This document shows positions 26,294 through 38,772 of a stretch of 64,000 nt of DNA, piece after piece (position 1 is the first letter of the stretch; each line of letters starts with the position of its first letter). This DNA comes from Malacoraja senta (lineage: Eukaryota). The stretch is from assembly GCA_038087875.1 (NCBI GenBank), contig CM075996.1, positions 5,024,001-5,088,000 of the forward strand, given 5' to 3'. Made by a program: the position numbers and the translations under genes. The notes beneath the pieces are model-generated. The model did not search any database, was not told the origin of the DNA, and saw only the letters and a list, made by a program, of their open reading frames with translations.

Positions 26294-28336
26294 TAATACT
26301 AAAGATTCAAATAATAAAATATCTTTATACGCGGATGATATATTACTGTACATTACAAAACAGTAATCACTCAAATCACTATACCAAATATATTAAATTG
26401 AATTGAAGACTTTGGATCTTTTTCTGGATACAGATTAAATTGGAATAAAAGTGAACTTATGTCAATAAAACCGAAAGATTCAACACATCTTTTAAAATTC
26501 CCTTTTAAAATAGCTACAGAAAAATTTAAATACTTGGGAATCGAAATTACTAGAACATATCAAGGTATGTTTAAAGCAAATTTTGATCCCCTACTTAATA
26601 AATTAAACACACAAATTAAATTTTGGAAAACGCTCCCAATGTCTTTATTAGGCCGAATAAATGCAATAAAAATGATCTTTCTACCACAAATTTTATACCT
26701 ATTTCAATCGATTCCTATATACTTACCATAGAAGTTTAAAAAAAAACTGGACTCAGATATCACTAATTTTATATGGGACTATAAATCACATAGAATACAA
26801 AAAACTCACTTGAATAAACCTAAAGTATTAGGGGGTTTAGCACTACCTAATTTCATGTATTATTATTGGTCAGTAAATATTAAAAATATGATTCAACTGA
26901 TGGATAACTCTGCCCAGCAAGTGGACTGGATTGTAATGGAGAAAGAGGATTGCTCCTCTGGAAACATTGGAGCGATCCTCCTCTCACCAATGAATCTGAA
27001 TAATATAAATTATAATAAGAACCCAATTATACATAGCACAATCCGAATTTGGAAACAAATAAAACAAAATTTAAAATTAAGAAATTTATCACTTTTATCT
27101 CCCATAGTTAATAACCCTTTGTTTAATCCCTCTACTATAGATACATCTTTCACACATTGGGATAGACTAGGAATTAAAACGTTCGGTGACTTGTATGAAA
27201 CTGGAAAATTACTTTCATTTCAACAATTACAAATAAAATATAAACTCGGAAATAATCAATATTTTAAATATTTTCAAATATGCGACTATTTGAAAAAATA
27301 TACAAAAGATCATTATAATAGCCCAGCAGATGTATTGGATGATGCAATGCAGATAAAAGCTGAATCAGCAAACTTAATATCATATTTGTATAATATTATC
27401 TTAAATGTAGAAATACCATCTACGGAGGGTATCAGAAGAGACTGGGAACAAGAGTTAGCTATTAAAATTTCAAAGGAAAGGTGGAATGAACACTTATTAA
27501 ACGTGCATAAATGTTCGATTAATGTAAGACACACTTTAATACAATTTAAAATTTTACATAGATTATATTATTCCAAAACTAAAATCCATAAAATTTTCCC
27601 AAATGTATCATCCATTTGTGATAAATGTCAATCCCAAGAAGCTACTATAGCGCACTCATTTGTTTTCTGTACAAAAATCCAAAAATTCTGGATTGAAATT
27701 TTCAAAATCTTTACAAAATTATTTAAAATAAAACTGATACCCAAAGCAGAATGGATTATCTTCGGAATAACGGAAGATGGTCCAGAACTAAATGTGTTTC
27801 AAAAGAAACTAATAGACTACGGGTTAATAACTGGAAAAAAGCTAATCCTAAAATTTTGGAAGAAGGCTCCAATACCAACTATAAACATGTGGATTTCAAA
27901 TATGTTCAAACATTACACCTAGAAGAGATAAGACTCCTCCTGGCAGGTAAACCAGATCACTTCCACCTGACGTGGTCTGCATTTATAGAATTATTACAAA
28001 TATAGGGTGCAAAGGTACCTTAAAAAAAAAGTGAGGTCAGGTAAGGGGGGATGAAAGTTGGAGAGTTGGTATATCCCATTTGCGTAATGCTCATAAAAAC
28101 TATTTGTTTTTCTCTTTTCCCTCTTTCTCTTTCTCCTTCTTTTCTAGGGTCTATTTCTTAACTCTTTTTCTTTTGTTTTTAATTTTGTTCTTATAGGGTC
28201 TTCGTTCTTTCTTGTTGTCACATTTTCTACACTTTCACTTTTTCCTTCACTTTCTTCATTCTCCCAATCTCATCCTTTCCCTTTAAAAAAAATCCACAAA
28301 ATAAATTTTTAAAAAAATTAAAAAAATATAAAAAAA

Positions 28337-28865
28337 GTTTTGGTCTCCTAATTGATTGAGGCAGTGCAACGTAGGTTCACGAGATTGATCCCTGGGATGG
28401 CGGAACTGTCATATGAGGAAAGATTGAAAAGACTTGGCTTGTATTCACTGGAGTTTAGAAGGATGAGGGGGAATCTTATAGAAACATATAAAATTATAAA
28501 AGGACAGGACAAGCTAGATGCAGGAAAAAATTTCCCAATGTTGGGCGAGTCCAGAACCAGGGGCCACCGTCTTAGAATAAAGGGGAGGCCATTTAAGACT
28601 GAGGTGAAAAAAACTTTTTGTTTGAGAGTTGTGAATTTGTGGAATTTCCTGCCACAGAGGGCAGTGGAGGCCAAATCACTGGATGGATTTAAGAGAGAGT
28701 TAGATAGAGCTCTATGGGCTGGTGGAATCAAGGGATATTGGGAGAAGGCAGGCACGGGTTATTGATTGGGGACGATCAGCCATGATCACAATGAATGGCG
28801 GTGCTGGCTCGAAGGGCCAAATGGCGTCCTCCTGCACCTATTTTCTATGTTTCTATATTTCTATG
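28337..28865 (+). mobile_element. CR1 LINE 3' end, host of the L1 insertion (5' part at ~22075-22133)
   Basis: IEAVQRRFTRLIPGMAELSYEERLKRLGLYSLEFRR. The upstream piece encodes LVRPHLEYCVQFWSP. Confidence 0.9.
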
Positions 28866-29715
28866 TAACACAGAACTTTATGCCATCCCGAACCTGTTCC
28901 TTTGGAACAAAACGGAAGGTATATTTTCAAATAGAACTGCAGTCTCTGATATTCTTTCCTAATTGAGGACTTCTCAATTGACCACAGTAATTTTGCGCAG
29001 GAGCAATATCTGCATAGAGCTGAGAGACAGAAATTTCTATTTTGCTTGAGAAAGTCCAGATTTCTTTTTTTTTTAATCACTTGCAAAATGAAGATCCAAA
29101 GATTCATTTCAGTTACAGGAATCTCAACTATAGGAGACATGCATTCTTGAACTGAACCATCAGGTATAAAGAGTGAAAGTAAGAAGCTACTAAATTCTGA
29201 ATCAAAACAAGAAGTAAAAGAGAAAATTCTTGAAATGTTCAATTGGTTCCTCAGAACCCAGGAATGATTGGATTAACATCTGATGAGTGTGTGACGGCCT
29301 CTACTCGCTGGACTTTAGAAGGATGAGGGGGTACCTCATTGAAACTTACCGATGAGTGAAAGACCTGGATCGAGTGGTGAAGGAGAGGTTGTTTCCACCA
29401 GTGGGAGAGTCTTGGACCAGAGGTCCTAGCCTCAGAATTAAAGAACGTTTCTTTAGAAAGGTGATGAGGATGAATTTCTTTCGTCAGAGGGTGGTGAATC
29501 TGTGGAATTCATTGCCACCGAAGGCTGCTGAGGCAGTTAATTGATGCTTTAAAGGCAGAGACAGATAGATTATTGATTAGTACGGGTGTCAGGGATTATG
29601 GAGTGAAGGCAGGAGAATGCCAGTTGAGAGTGAAAGATAGATCACACACGATTGAATGGCAGAATAGACTTGATGGGCCAAATGGCCTAATTCTATTCCT
29701 ATCACTTATGAACTG

Positions 29716-30290
29716 ATGAAGGCTTAGGAAGTTCGGCACGTCCCCAACAACTCTCACCAACTTCCACAGATGCGCCGTAGAAAGCATTTTATCAGGATGC
29801 ATCACAGCAAGGTTTGTGACCTTGTCCATCCAAGACCGATGTGGACGCAGCCCAGATTGTGGACGCAGCCCAGATAATCACACAAACCGCAATCCCTTCC
29901 ATTGACTCCATCTACACTTCACGCTGCCCCAGCACAATCAAGGACGAGTGTCTCCCCGGCCACTCCCTCTTCTCCCCTCTCCCGTCAGCCAAGAGCTACA
30001 AAAGCATGAAAACGCACACCTCCAGATTTAGGGACAGTTTCTTCCCAGCTGTTATCAGGCAACTGAACCATCCATTCACCAACTAGAGAGCAGTCCTGAC
30101 CTACCATCTACCTCATTGGAGATCAACGGACAATCTTTAATCAGACTTTATTTTGCACTAAAAGTTATTCCCTTCATCCTGCACCGGTACATTGTGAACG
30201 GCTTGTGTGTAATCATGTACAGTCTTTCGACTGATAGGAGAGCACGCAACAAAAAAGCTTTTCACTGTGCCTCGGTACACGTCACAACAA
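29716..30290 (+). mobile_element. Rex1/Babar-like LINE 3' end
   Basis: Degenerate peptide ...GHSLFSPLPSAKSYKSMKTHTSRFRDSFFPAVIRQLN and a 3' UTR ending TTCACTGTGCCTCGGTACACGTCACAA. Confidence 0.65.
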
Positions 30291-31218
30291 ACTAAAATTA
30301 AAACTAAAATTAAAACTAATACCAACCCTAAACTGGTTAGGCAACATCTGTGAAGAGAGTAGCAAAGTTGATATTTCAAATCCACAAACATACATCAGAG
30401 CAGGTGGAAGCTTGGGAAGAGTAATATCAACTAAAATATATGCATCTTTTAAGAGGATATTTGTCTATCAATCACATACGTCGCTAGGTGGGCAATGGTC
30501 CATCATCATGGGATTGTAGCTGTGCTGTGTCTCATCTACAAGATGCACTGAAACTACTCACCAAGGTTTCCTTGACACTTGAAATGAAACAAAAAGATAC
30601 AAAGGGCTGGAATAACTCAACAGGTCAGGCAGCAAGTCTGAATAACAAGGAGAGTTTTCAATAGACAATAGACAATAGGAGTTGGCCATTCGGCCCTTCG
30701 AGCCAATGTGATCATGGCTGATCATCCCCAATCAGTACCCCGTTCCTGCCTTCTCCCCATATCCCCTGACTCCGCTATCTTTGAGAGCCCTATCAAGCTC
30801 TCTCTCTCTCTCACTCTCTCTCTCTCTTCGACCCGGATACTCTTAATATTGTAAATAGTTTTAATTATTTAGATGTTTTTCAACTGGGTGCTCAATATTT
30901 CCGATGATCGGAGATATTTTAGAAATAGTGGATGGACCACGAGCTGGCTGTTCCATGGTAGGGGCATGTGTTCTACAGCTTGTGGCCTAGTTAATGCTGG
31001 CCCACTCTTTCCCCGTACCGATGTGCACAGGTGTAACTGGGGTCTTGGACCGGAGACAGTGCTGGGTGGTCCAAGATCTTGATCTTCTTCACCTTCGTCA
31101 CCCCCAAATCTTGGCATTCCCCACCCAACTGCCCTGCGGAAAGCATCCTCAACAGAAGGAGGGCAATGGTTCGGGAAGATGCCTCACCACCGGTGTTTCA
31201 AGGACAATCAGCAATGGG

Positions 31219-31824
31219 CAGTGCCGGATTTAGATGAAGAGAGGCCCTAGGCTATTCCACTTGTGAGGCCCCTCGCAATCCCCCACCCCCACGACTAGAG
31301 GAAGATGGAAGAGTGTTTTAAATTAATTTGAGTAAAGCCAAGGATGATGACGGGTGCTTAAAATTCCACAATTCGCAATTCCTTCTCTAAAGGACATAAA
31401 ATGTTATTGTTAAATACCCCAGAGTTTTTACTTTTGAAACCTGCAAGTATCCAAAGAAGTTCCCTGCTCCCGCCATTGCTGCTTACGTGTGAAAGTTTGC
31501 CGGACCCCGGGGCCACAAGATTGACACCGATGTGCAACCGAGCGTGGCCAATGAGATAAGGGGCTGGAAAACTGTGTTTTTTAAAAATTTATTTATTGCC
31601 AGTGCTAGTGTCGAGTTATCGGCTTAAAACAGTATTATTCTGAAATGGAGGGCAATGAAAATTACTGAAGGGTTGTTTAGAGACTACAGTGCGTTGTGAC
31701 AGCATATGTCACAGCATATGTAAGAAAGGCCTATGACAGTGTCAAAAATATTATACACCTTGGCCCCCTAGATTTTGAGGCGCTAGCCTTCAGCCTATCA
31801 AGCCTATAGGTAAATCTGGCACTG
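31219..31824. mobile_element. Non-autonomous hAT element
   Basis: TIR CAGTGCCGGATTTA / TAAATCTGGCACTG. 8-bp TSD GCAATGGG / GCGATGGG. Confidence 0.8.
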
Positions 31825-31894
31825 GCGATGGGCAACAAATACCGGCCTCCATAGGGAGGTCACTTCCCGAAAATAAACAAAACATATAACTTTT

Positions 31895-32870
31895 TCCTCA
31901 AAGTCCGAAGGCTGTGGGTTCAAGTTCCTGTCCAGAAACTGGAGCAGCAAATTGGAGCAGCACAGAAGAAGCATCAGTCTGAAGAATGGTCCCAAAGCAA
32001 AACATTACCTATCCATGTTCTCCAAAGATGCTGTCTGACCCGCCGAGTTACTCCAGCACTTTGTGCCTCTTTTATAAGCATATGTTTCTGTTGGAGTTGC
32101 CATCTTTTCAAATAGGTTATTTAATCAAAGTGTCATCTTCCCAAACGATGAAAACACATGAAGATACGGCAGAGGTGACTTCGATGAGATGGCCAACATC
32201 ACAAAAAACAAGAGTAGATACAAAGAACTGCAGATGTTGGAATCTCAAGCAAAAAACCACAAAACAGTGGAGTAAAAGTGTACGAAAGAACTGCAGATGC
32301 TGGTTTAAAACGAAGGTAGACACAAAATGCTGGAGTACCTCAGCTGGTCAGGCAGCATCTCTGAAGAACATGAATAGATAACGTTTCGGGCCGGGACCCT
32401 TCTTCAGATTGAATTAAGGTTCCAATCCTAAACTCACCTTTCCATGTTCTCCAGAGATGCTGCCTGTCCCGCTGAGATACTCCAGCGCTTTGTGTTTTTT
32501 GCTTAAGATTCCAACATCTGCAGTTCTTTGTATCTACTCGTTTTTTTTGGTGATTTTTTCATATTGCATAAAAGAAATAGTTTGGTTACTTAAAATGCAA
32601 GCAGAAAATGCCAAGCATACTTGGGCCAAGTACAATTTGTGACGGGGTGGTGGATAATACCGCAGTTAACCTTTCAGGAACACGACTTTTGATAAACAAA
32701 ATCTTAAAAGATAATCTCTGCATTAAACACCCAGAGATTTCCAGTGTTTGCGGTATCTTACTTACATTTGGTCATGTGTTGCACACAAATTGGCTGCCAC
32801 GTGTCCTGTGTTACAGTGGCGATTTCACTTCAAAAGTCATTCCCTAGCTAGAAAACAAAGGTGTCCTGGG
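31895..32870 (+). mobile_element. Old, fragmented Deu-domain SINE (SacSINE1-like)
   Basis: Head GTGGGTTCAAGT...CCAGAAACTGGAGC, middle GGAGTTGCCATCTTT, Deu-like CACAAATTGGCTGCCACGTGTCC...CACTTCAAAAGT at ~32780-32836. Interrupted by Penelope-type units. Confidence 0.5.
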
Positions 32871-33132
32871 GAGACCTGGGTTCGATCCTGACTACAGGTG
32901 CTGTCTGTACGGAGTTTGTACGTTCTCCCCGTGACCTTCGTGGGTTTTCTCCGAGATCTTCGGTTTCCTCCCACACTCCAAAGTCGCACAGGTATGTAGT
33001 TTAATTGGCTTGGTAGAAATGTAAATATTGTCCCTAGTGGGTATAGGACAGTATTAACGTGCGGGGATCGCTGGTCGGCGCGGACCCGGTGGGCCGAAAG
33101 GGCCTGTTTCCGCGCTGTATCTCGTAACTAAA
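32870..33132 (+). mobile_element. HE1-like V-SINE
   Basis: B box GGTTCGATCC, V-domain and GGGCCTGTTTCC tail. Confidence 0.8.
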
Positions 33133-33992
33133 AAGTTTGCTCCCCCATTTGATCATGGCTGATCTATTTTTCCCTCTCAACCCCATTCTCCTGCCTTCAC
33201 CCCGCAATTTTTGATGGCCTTACTAATCAAGAACCTATCAACTTTGGCTTTAAAAATACCCAATGACTTCTTGGCCTCCACTGGCGTCAGTGATAATGAA
33301 TTCCACCCTCCGGCTACAGAAATTCCTCCTGATCGCCATTCTAAAGGTACAGCCTTTTATTCTGAGGATGTGCCCTCTGCCCCTAGACTTTCCCACTACT
33401 GGAAACATCTCTCTACATCCACCATATTTAGACCTTTCATTATTCTGAAGGTTTAATGAGATTCCCCTTCAGGATTTATCCCGATTAATTTATCAAGATC
33501 ACATTTCCATTTATTCTATGTTATAATGTGATGGGTCCCGACCCAAAACGTCACCTATCCTTTTTCTCCAGAGATGCTGCCTGACCTGCCGAGTTACTCC
33601 AGCACTTTGTGTCTATCTTCCATACAATGCTTTCATTTATTGCTCCATTTTATAAGAATGTGACTAGAGCGCTAATCGACGTATTACTGTACCGCAAAAG
33701 AGTCAAGAACCAAAAGTGTGAGTTTGAGATTTAAAGTAGCTAACTCATCCTATCTCAGTCTCTTTCAGCAATCAGATTTGGCTGCAATCCCTCAAAAAGT
33801 GAGAAAAATTTAAACATTCTTTCAACAGATTATAAAATTAATATAGATGATTATTTTGATAATTTTGATAATTACACCTGCAAAGCAGCATGGTTTCTAC
33901 GGGGGCAATAAACAAGCATAGACATATTATTAAGAAATGCACTTTCTTCATGGCGAGGGCCTATAGCTGCACTGACCAACTCTGAATGGGAA

Positions 33993-34505
33993 CAGACACA
34001 AAATGCATGACTCAGTGGGACAGGCAGCATCTCTGGAGAGAAGGAATGGGTGACGTTTCGGGTCGAGACCCTTCTTCAGACCAGTCAGGGGAGAGGTAAA
34101 CGAGAGATATAGACGGTGATGTAGAGAGATATAGAACAAATAAATGAAAGATATGCAAAAAAAGTAAGAATGATAAAGGAAACTGGCCATTGTTAGCTGT
34201 TTGCTAGGTGAGAACAAGAACCTGGTGCGACTTGGGTGGGGGAGGGATGGTGAGAGTGGCAATGTAGGGGTTACTTGAAGTTAGAGAAATCAATATCCAT
34301 ACCATTGGGCTGTAAGCTGCCCAAGCAAAATATTGTACGAGGTGCTGTTCGTCCAATTTGCGTTTAATCTCACTCTGACAATGGCGGAAACCTAGGACAG
34401 AAAGGTCAGTGTGGGAATAGGAAGAGGAATTAAAGTGTTTGGCAACCGGGAGATCAGGTAGGTCCAGACGGACTGAGCGAAGGTGTTCAGCGAAATTATC
34501 ACCCA
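33993..34505 (-). mobile_element. Penelope-like element 3' fragment with hammerhead-like motif
   Basis: Degenerate GIY-YIG C-terminus (same family as 20452-20778), followed by GGTCTGAAGAAGGGTCTCGACCCGAAACGTCACC on the minus strand. Confidence 0.75.
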
Positions 34506-34548
34506 GGTCTTACTTCATTGTTATTTACTGATTTTAGCAATGACTTTA

Positions 34549-34910
34549 AGGGCCTGTTCCACTTACGCGACCTTTACAGGCGACAGCCTGCACCCGTGAT
34601 AGGTCGCCGAAATTTTCAACATGTTGAAAATTCAGCGACGACCAGAAAGACCCTACCACTCTTTGGAGACCTCTCACGACCATAGGAGACCTCTCACGAC
34701 CATACATGCTGTATGGTCGTGAGAGGTCTCCTATGGTCGTGAGAGGTCACCCGCGACATGTCGCCAGGGGTCGCCTGTATGGTCGTGAGAGGTCGCCAAA
34801 GAGTCGTAGCGTCTTTCTGGTCGCCGCTGAATTTTCAACATGTTGACAATTTCGGCCACCTATCACGGGTGCCGGCAGTCTGTAAAGGTTGTGTAAGTGG
34901 GACAGGCCCT
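34549..34910. mobile_element. PIF/Harbinger-type palindromic MITE
   Basis: TTA|AGGGCCTGTTCCACTTAC...GTAAGTGGGACAGGCCCT|TTA. Almost entirely self-complementary. Confidence 0.85.
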
Positions 34911-36261
34911 TTAAACATTCCTGTCAAAAATGTTGCAGAAGCTTTAAGAACTACCATTCATTTATCTTATGGGAATGCCAGTCGATTACTAAGGCATGCT
35001 GTTGGCCTGCAAGTCTCCATTTTATGACTCTCTCCTATGCTTGCTGAACCATTGTCTCTTTAACCAAGAGGCCAGCACTGTGCAGCACATATAATAAACT
35101 TAGCAAATGCTAACATTTGCAGAAATAAATACATGGAACAACGGCTTGAGAAAGAGCTTCACCAGTAAATGGTCAGTGCTGCGCAGGTGCTAAGGACAAT
35201 GAGGATCAAGTTCTGAGAACTGTGGAAATGGAAAGAATAAGGACAGCTTGTTCTTGGCCGAGCTTCAGATCACAGCGTGCTTTGCATGGCAGAGAGTTGG
35301 CCCTATGTGGTCTATTCAAGAGCTTCTAGCGGATTGCAAGAGATAGAGTGGACTTGCCAAACTAGCTTGTGCAAGGAGACAGATATTGCAGATTGGTGCC
35401 ACATTCAAGAGATTGTCTTAAGGAGAGAATGTAAAACATATCAACTATGGAATCAACCTCTCTACTGGCAGGCAAGTTGAGTCTAATCATTATTTAACTG
35501 GTTTTACCATAGCCTCCAGTGCTGCACTACTAGTACATTATAGTTTTGGACATAAAGGGTACAATTAGCAAGCTATTATTTTACTGAGACAGTTAATTTC
35601 TGTGCCACAACTCTTTTTACTGCGTGCTGGTTTATACCACTGTATTGACTGCATCACAAGTACGCATAACTTTATGTGTAGCAAAGAACTACAGATGCTG
35701 GTTTAAATCGAAGATAGCCACAAAATGCCGGAGTAATTCAGCAGGGCAGGCAGCGTCTCTGGAGATTCAAGATTCAAGAGAGTTTGTTGTCATGTGTCCC
35801 TGATAGGACAATGAAATTCTTGCTTTGCTTCAGCACAACAGAACATAGTAGGCATTGACTACAAAACAGATCAGTGTATCCACATAACATTATACCAGTG
35901 TGCCCATATACCAGAGAAGGCGCAGACAAAATGTGTAGGAAAGAACTGCAGATGCCGGTCTGAAGAAGGGTCTCGACCCGAAACGTCACCCATTACATCT
36001 GTCCAGAGATGCTGCCTGTCCCGTTGAGTTACTCCAGCATTTTTTGTCTAAGCGTAACTTTATTCAAGTTAATCCACTCAAAACATTATTTTAAGTACTC
36101 ATCTCTCGCAGAGAAATGAACTGAACAGCAGACTAACATTATAATTGTGATAAAAGTCATGAAATTGGAAATAATGGTTGAGGAATAGAGAGGCAGAACT
36201 TTGAACCCCTATCCTTGCCCACTTCAGGATTGTAAGAAGTTGTATGGGTTTCCGGTGTTGG

Positions 36262-36417
36262 GATAACCAAAATGTATAAAAATGGCCTTTATTAAAATCT
36301 GACAATGTGCACTTTAACCACATGTGATTTTTTTTCTATTACAAATCTCAAATTGTGGAGTACAGAGGCAAATAAATAAATGATGGGTCTTTGTCCCAAA
36401 CATTATGGACAGCACTG
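36262..36417. mobile_element. Solo Tc1-like terminal repeat fragment
   Basis: Ends GTCCCAAACATTATGGACAGCACTG, the reverse of a CAGTG Tc1-type terminus, and abuts (TG)n. Confidence 0.5.
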
Positions 36418-37384
36418 TGTGTGTGTGTGTACTTGTGAGTATGTGAACTGTTTTTTTCTTTCTCGTTTATTATATTGTTTCCAGTGTACTATGTTCACAT
36501 ATTTTGTTGCACAGTAGCAAGTAAGAATTTCATTGTTCTATCTGGGACATATGACAATAAAACACTCATGACCCTTGAATTGTCCAGAAGACTGCTAACA
36601 GAGGGGCAGAATCATATTATCAAAACCTGGGTTGGCCAGTTCCCATCCTGCCAAATTTTCATCACATTAGTACACTGTGTGCCGTAATCCATCGCATAAA
36701 ACAAATGATTAAAATATTCAGTGGATATTTCCAAGATTTGTGTAACTACACAATAATTGCACATTCCCATCAATTAACTAGAGTGGCAAACAGACACAAA
36801 ATGGCGGAGTAACTCAGCGGGTCAGGCAGCATTTTGGGAGAAAAAGAATTGGTGAGGTTTCAGGTCAGAAAGATACCTGAAGGTTTCATTCATTTATTTA
36901 TTTATTTAATTATTTATTTCAAACAGAATAAAAGAATAAAAAGCAAGTGTGAAACAGCATACAAAAAAAAATATATATATATATATTTATAAAGTGTCAT
37001 AAACAATATCTATAAATAAATGAAATCGTATGTGTCCGAAAAGGAGCAGGAAGAAGCCAAAGCTTATTAATTCCCATCCCTTATTCAAATGCTTATAATT
37101 ATCTTATACAAATTTAGCAGCTATATGTACACCATATGTACACCAGCAGCTATATGTACACCAAATTATTTACATTTATACACTAATCAAATATTTACAA
37201 AGCCATACAAAATAAGAGAGAAAAAAGAAAAGAAAAACCCTTCATATACTATACAGTATCTCTTAGTCATATATACAACCCATCACCCTATAATCACCCT
37301 TCCCAATACAATCAATATAACAAATATCCCACTCACAATCACCTATCCTCATCCCAATATCCCAGAGTTCTGAAGAAGGGTTCC

Positions 37385-37798
37385 TTGGACTCTATTCCTT
37401 GCAGCGCAGGAGGATGAGGGGTGATCTAATAGAGGTGTATAAAACATGAGAGGAATAGTTCAGGTAGATGCACAGAGTCTCTTGCCCAGAGTAGGTGAAT
37501 CAAGGACCAGAGGACATAGGTTTAAGGTGAAGGGGAAAAGATCTAATAGGAATCTGAGGGGTAACTTTTTCCACACAAAGGGTGGTGGGTGTATGGAACG
37601 AGCTGCCAGGGGAGGTAGTTGGGGCAGGGACTATCCCAACATTTAAGAAACAGTTAGACAGGTACATGGATAGGACAGGTTTGGAGGGATATGGACCAAA
37701 TGTGGGCAGGTGGGACAAGTGTAGCTGGGGCATGTTGGCAAGTATGGGCAAGTTGGGCCAAAGGGCCTGTTTCCACACTGTATCACTCTATGACTCTA
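37385..37798 (+). mobile_element. CR1 LINE 3' end
   Basis: MRGIVQVDAQSLLPRVGESRTRGHRFKVKG peptide and 3' tail. Confidence 0.8.
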
Positions 37799-38772
37799 TT
37801 AGGGAACACAGGCACAGAAAATAATTTAACATGGTGTGGACATCAAAAATAAGTCATTTCAAGAGTCAATATTTTTTTTAAATTTAGGATTCCATATCCT
37901 TGAATTTACAGGACGAACGGGTGATCTAAATGCAGCGTTGAAAGTATGTGCTCACTTGCTTTCTCCCAAACCAATACATTCCTTGCAAAGACAGACACAA
38001 AAAGCTGGAGTAAAACACAGCATCTCCGGAGAAAAGGAACAGGTGACATTTCGGGTCGTGACGCTTCTTCAGAGTGAGAGTCAGGGGAGCTGTTTCAGCA
38101 GGTACTGGCAAACAACAATGTATTTGTATCAAAATGGAGCCTGATCATTTTTTTTTTGTACGCCAAGGTCAGTCATGAAGAATTATTGAACAAGGTGGGT
38201 AAAGGTCCATAAACTGGGTATAAATCAGATGTGAAGTATTTGAAAGATAAAACCAGCCAGATGGAATGAATGGCCTCCCTTTTTATGTTGTTGCTTATTT
38301 TCCTTTGATCATACAGTTTGTGTTAAACCCTCACTAATTCCATTTTAAAGGAGCTTAAGTCAATTGGCCCTGAAACCATAAGTGGATGTAACACGAGGAT
38401 TACACAACCAACATTGCAAATACCGAGCAGTTACCTAATTATTCGAATAATCCAAAATCAATAATCTCAAACATTAAGTACTTTCGCTAAATATTTACAG
38501 TGTTTCTGGAAAATCTGTCCACACGCATCGTCTGCGCAACTCAACTTGCGACATGTGGAGCATTATGTATAAGCAACTTCCTGTTAAACTGTACAAAGCA
38601 AACTCAGAAACAACAAGTGTCACACTATTCCCGTTATCATGTATCTATCTGTACACTGTGGATGGCTCCATTGTAATCTTGTATTGGCTTTCGGCTGACT
38701 GGTTAGCACGCAACAAAAGCGTTTCACTGTACCTCGGTACACGTGGCAATAAACTGAACTGTGAAAGAGTAA

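Larger units (their letters stand above)
22588..28005 (+). pseudogene. L1 ORF2 (endonuclease/reverse transcriptase) pseudogene
   Basis: ORF pieces 22588-23772, 23863-24234, 24340-24651, 26459-26731 and 26810-27922, separated by stops, frameshifts and the Tc1. Confidence 0.9.
22134..28336 (+). mobile_element. 5'-truncated L1-clade LINE with decayed ORF2, split by a Tc1 insertion
   Basis: APE domain (SWNIRG, LQETH, GGDFN, SRIDY, SDH), RT (SLDAEKAFD, RQGCSLSP, YADD at ~26328) and C-terminal CDKC...H...C. Pyrimidine-rich 3' UTR and A-rich tail. TSD GTTTTGGTCTCCT at 22121-22133 and 28337-28349. Confidence 0.95.

Noticed and set aside
28853..29270. Coding-like stretch after the CR1 tail
   Set aside because: Interrupted by stops on the plus strand; the minus-strand ORF has no recognisable motif.
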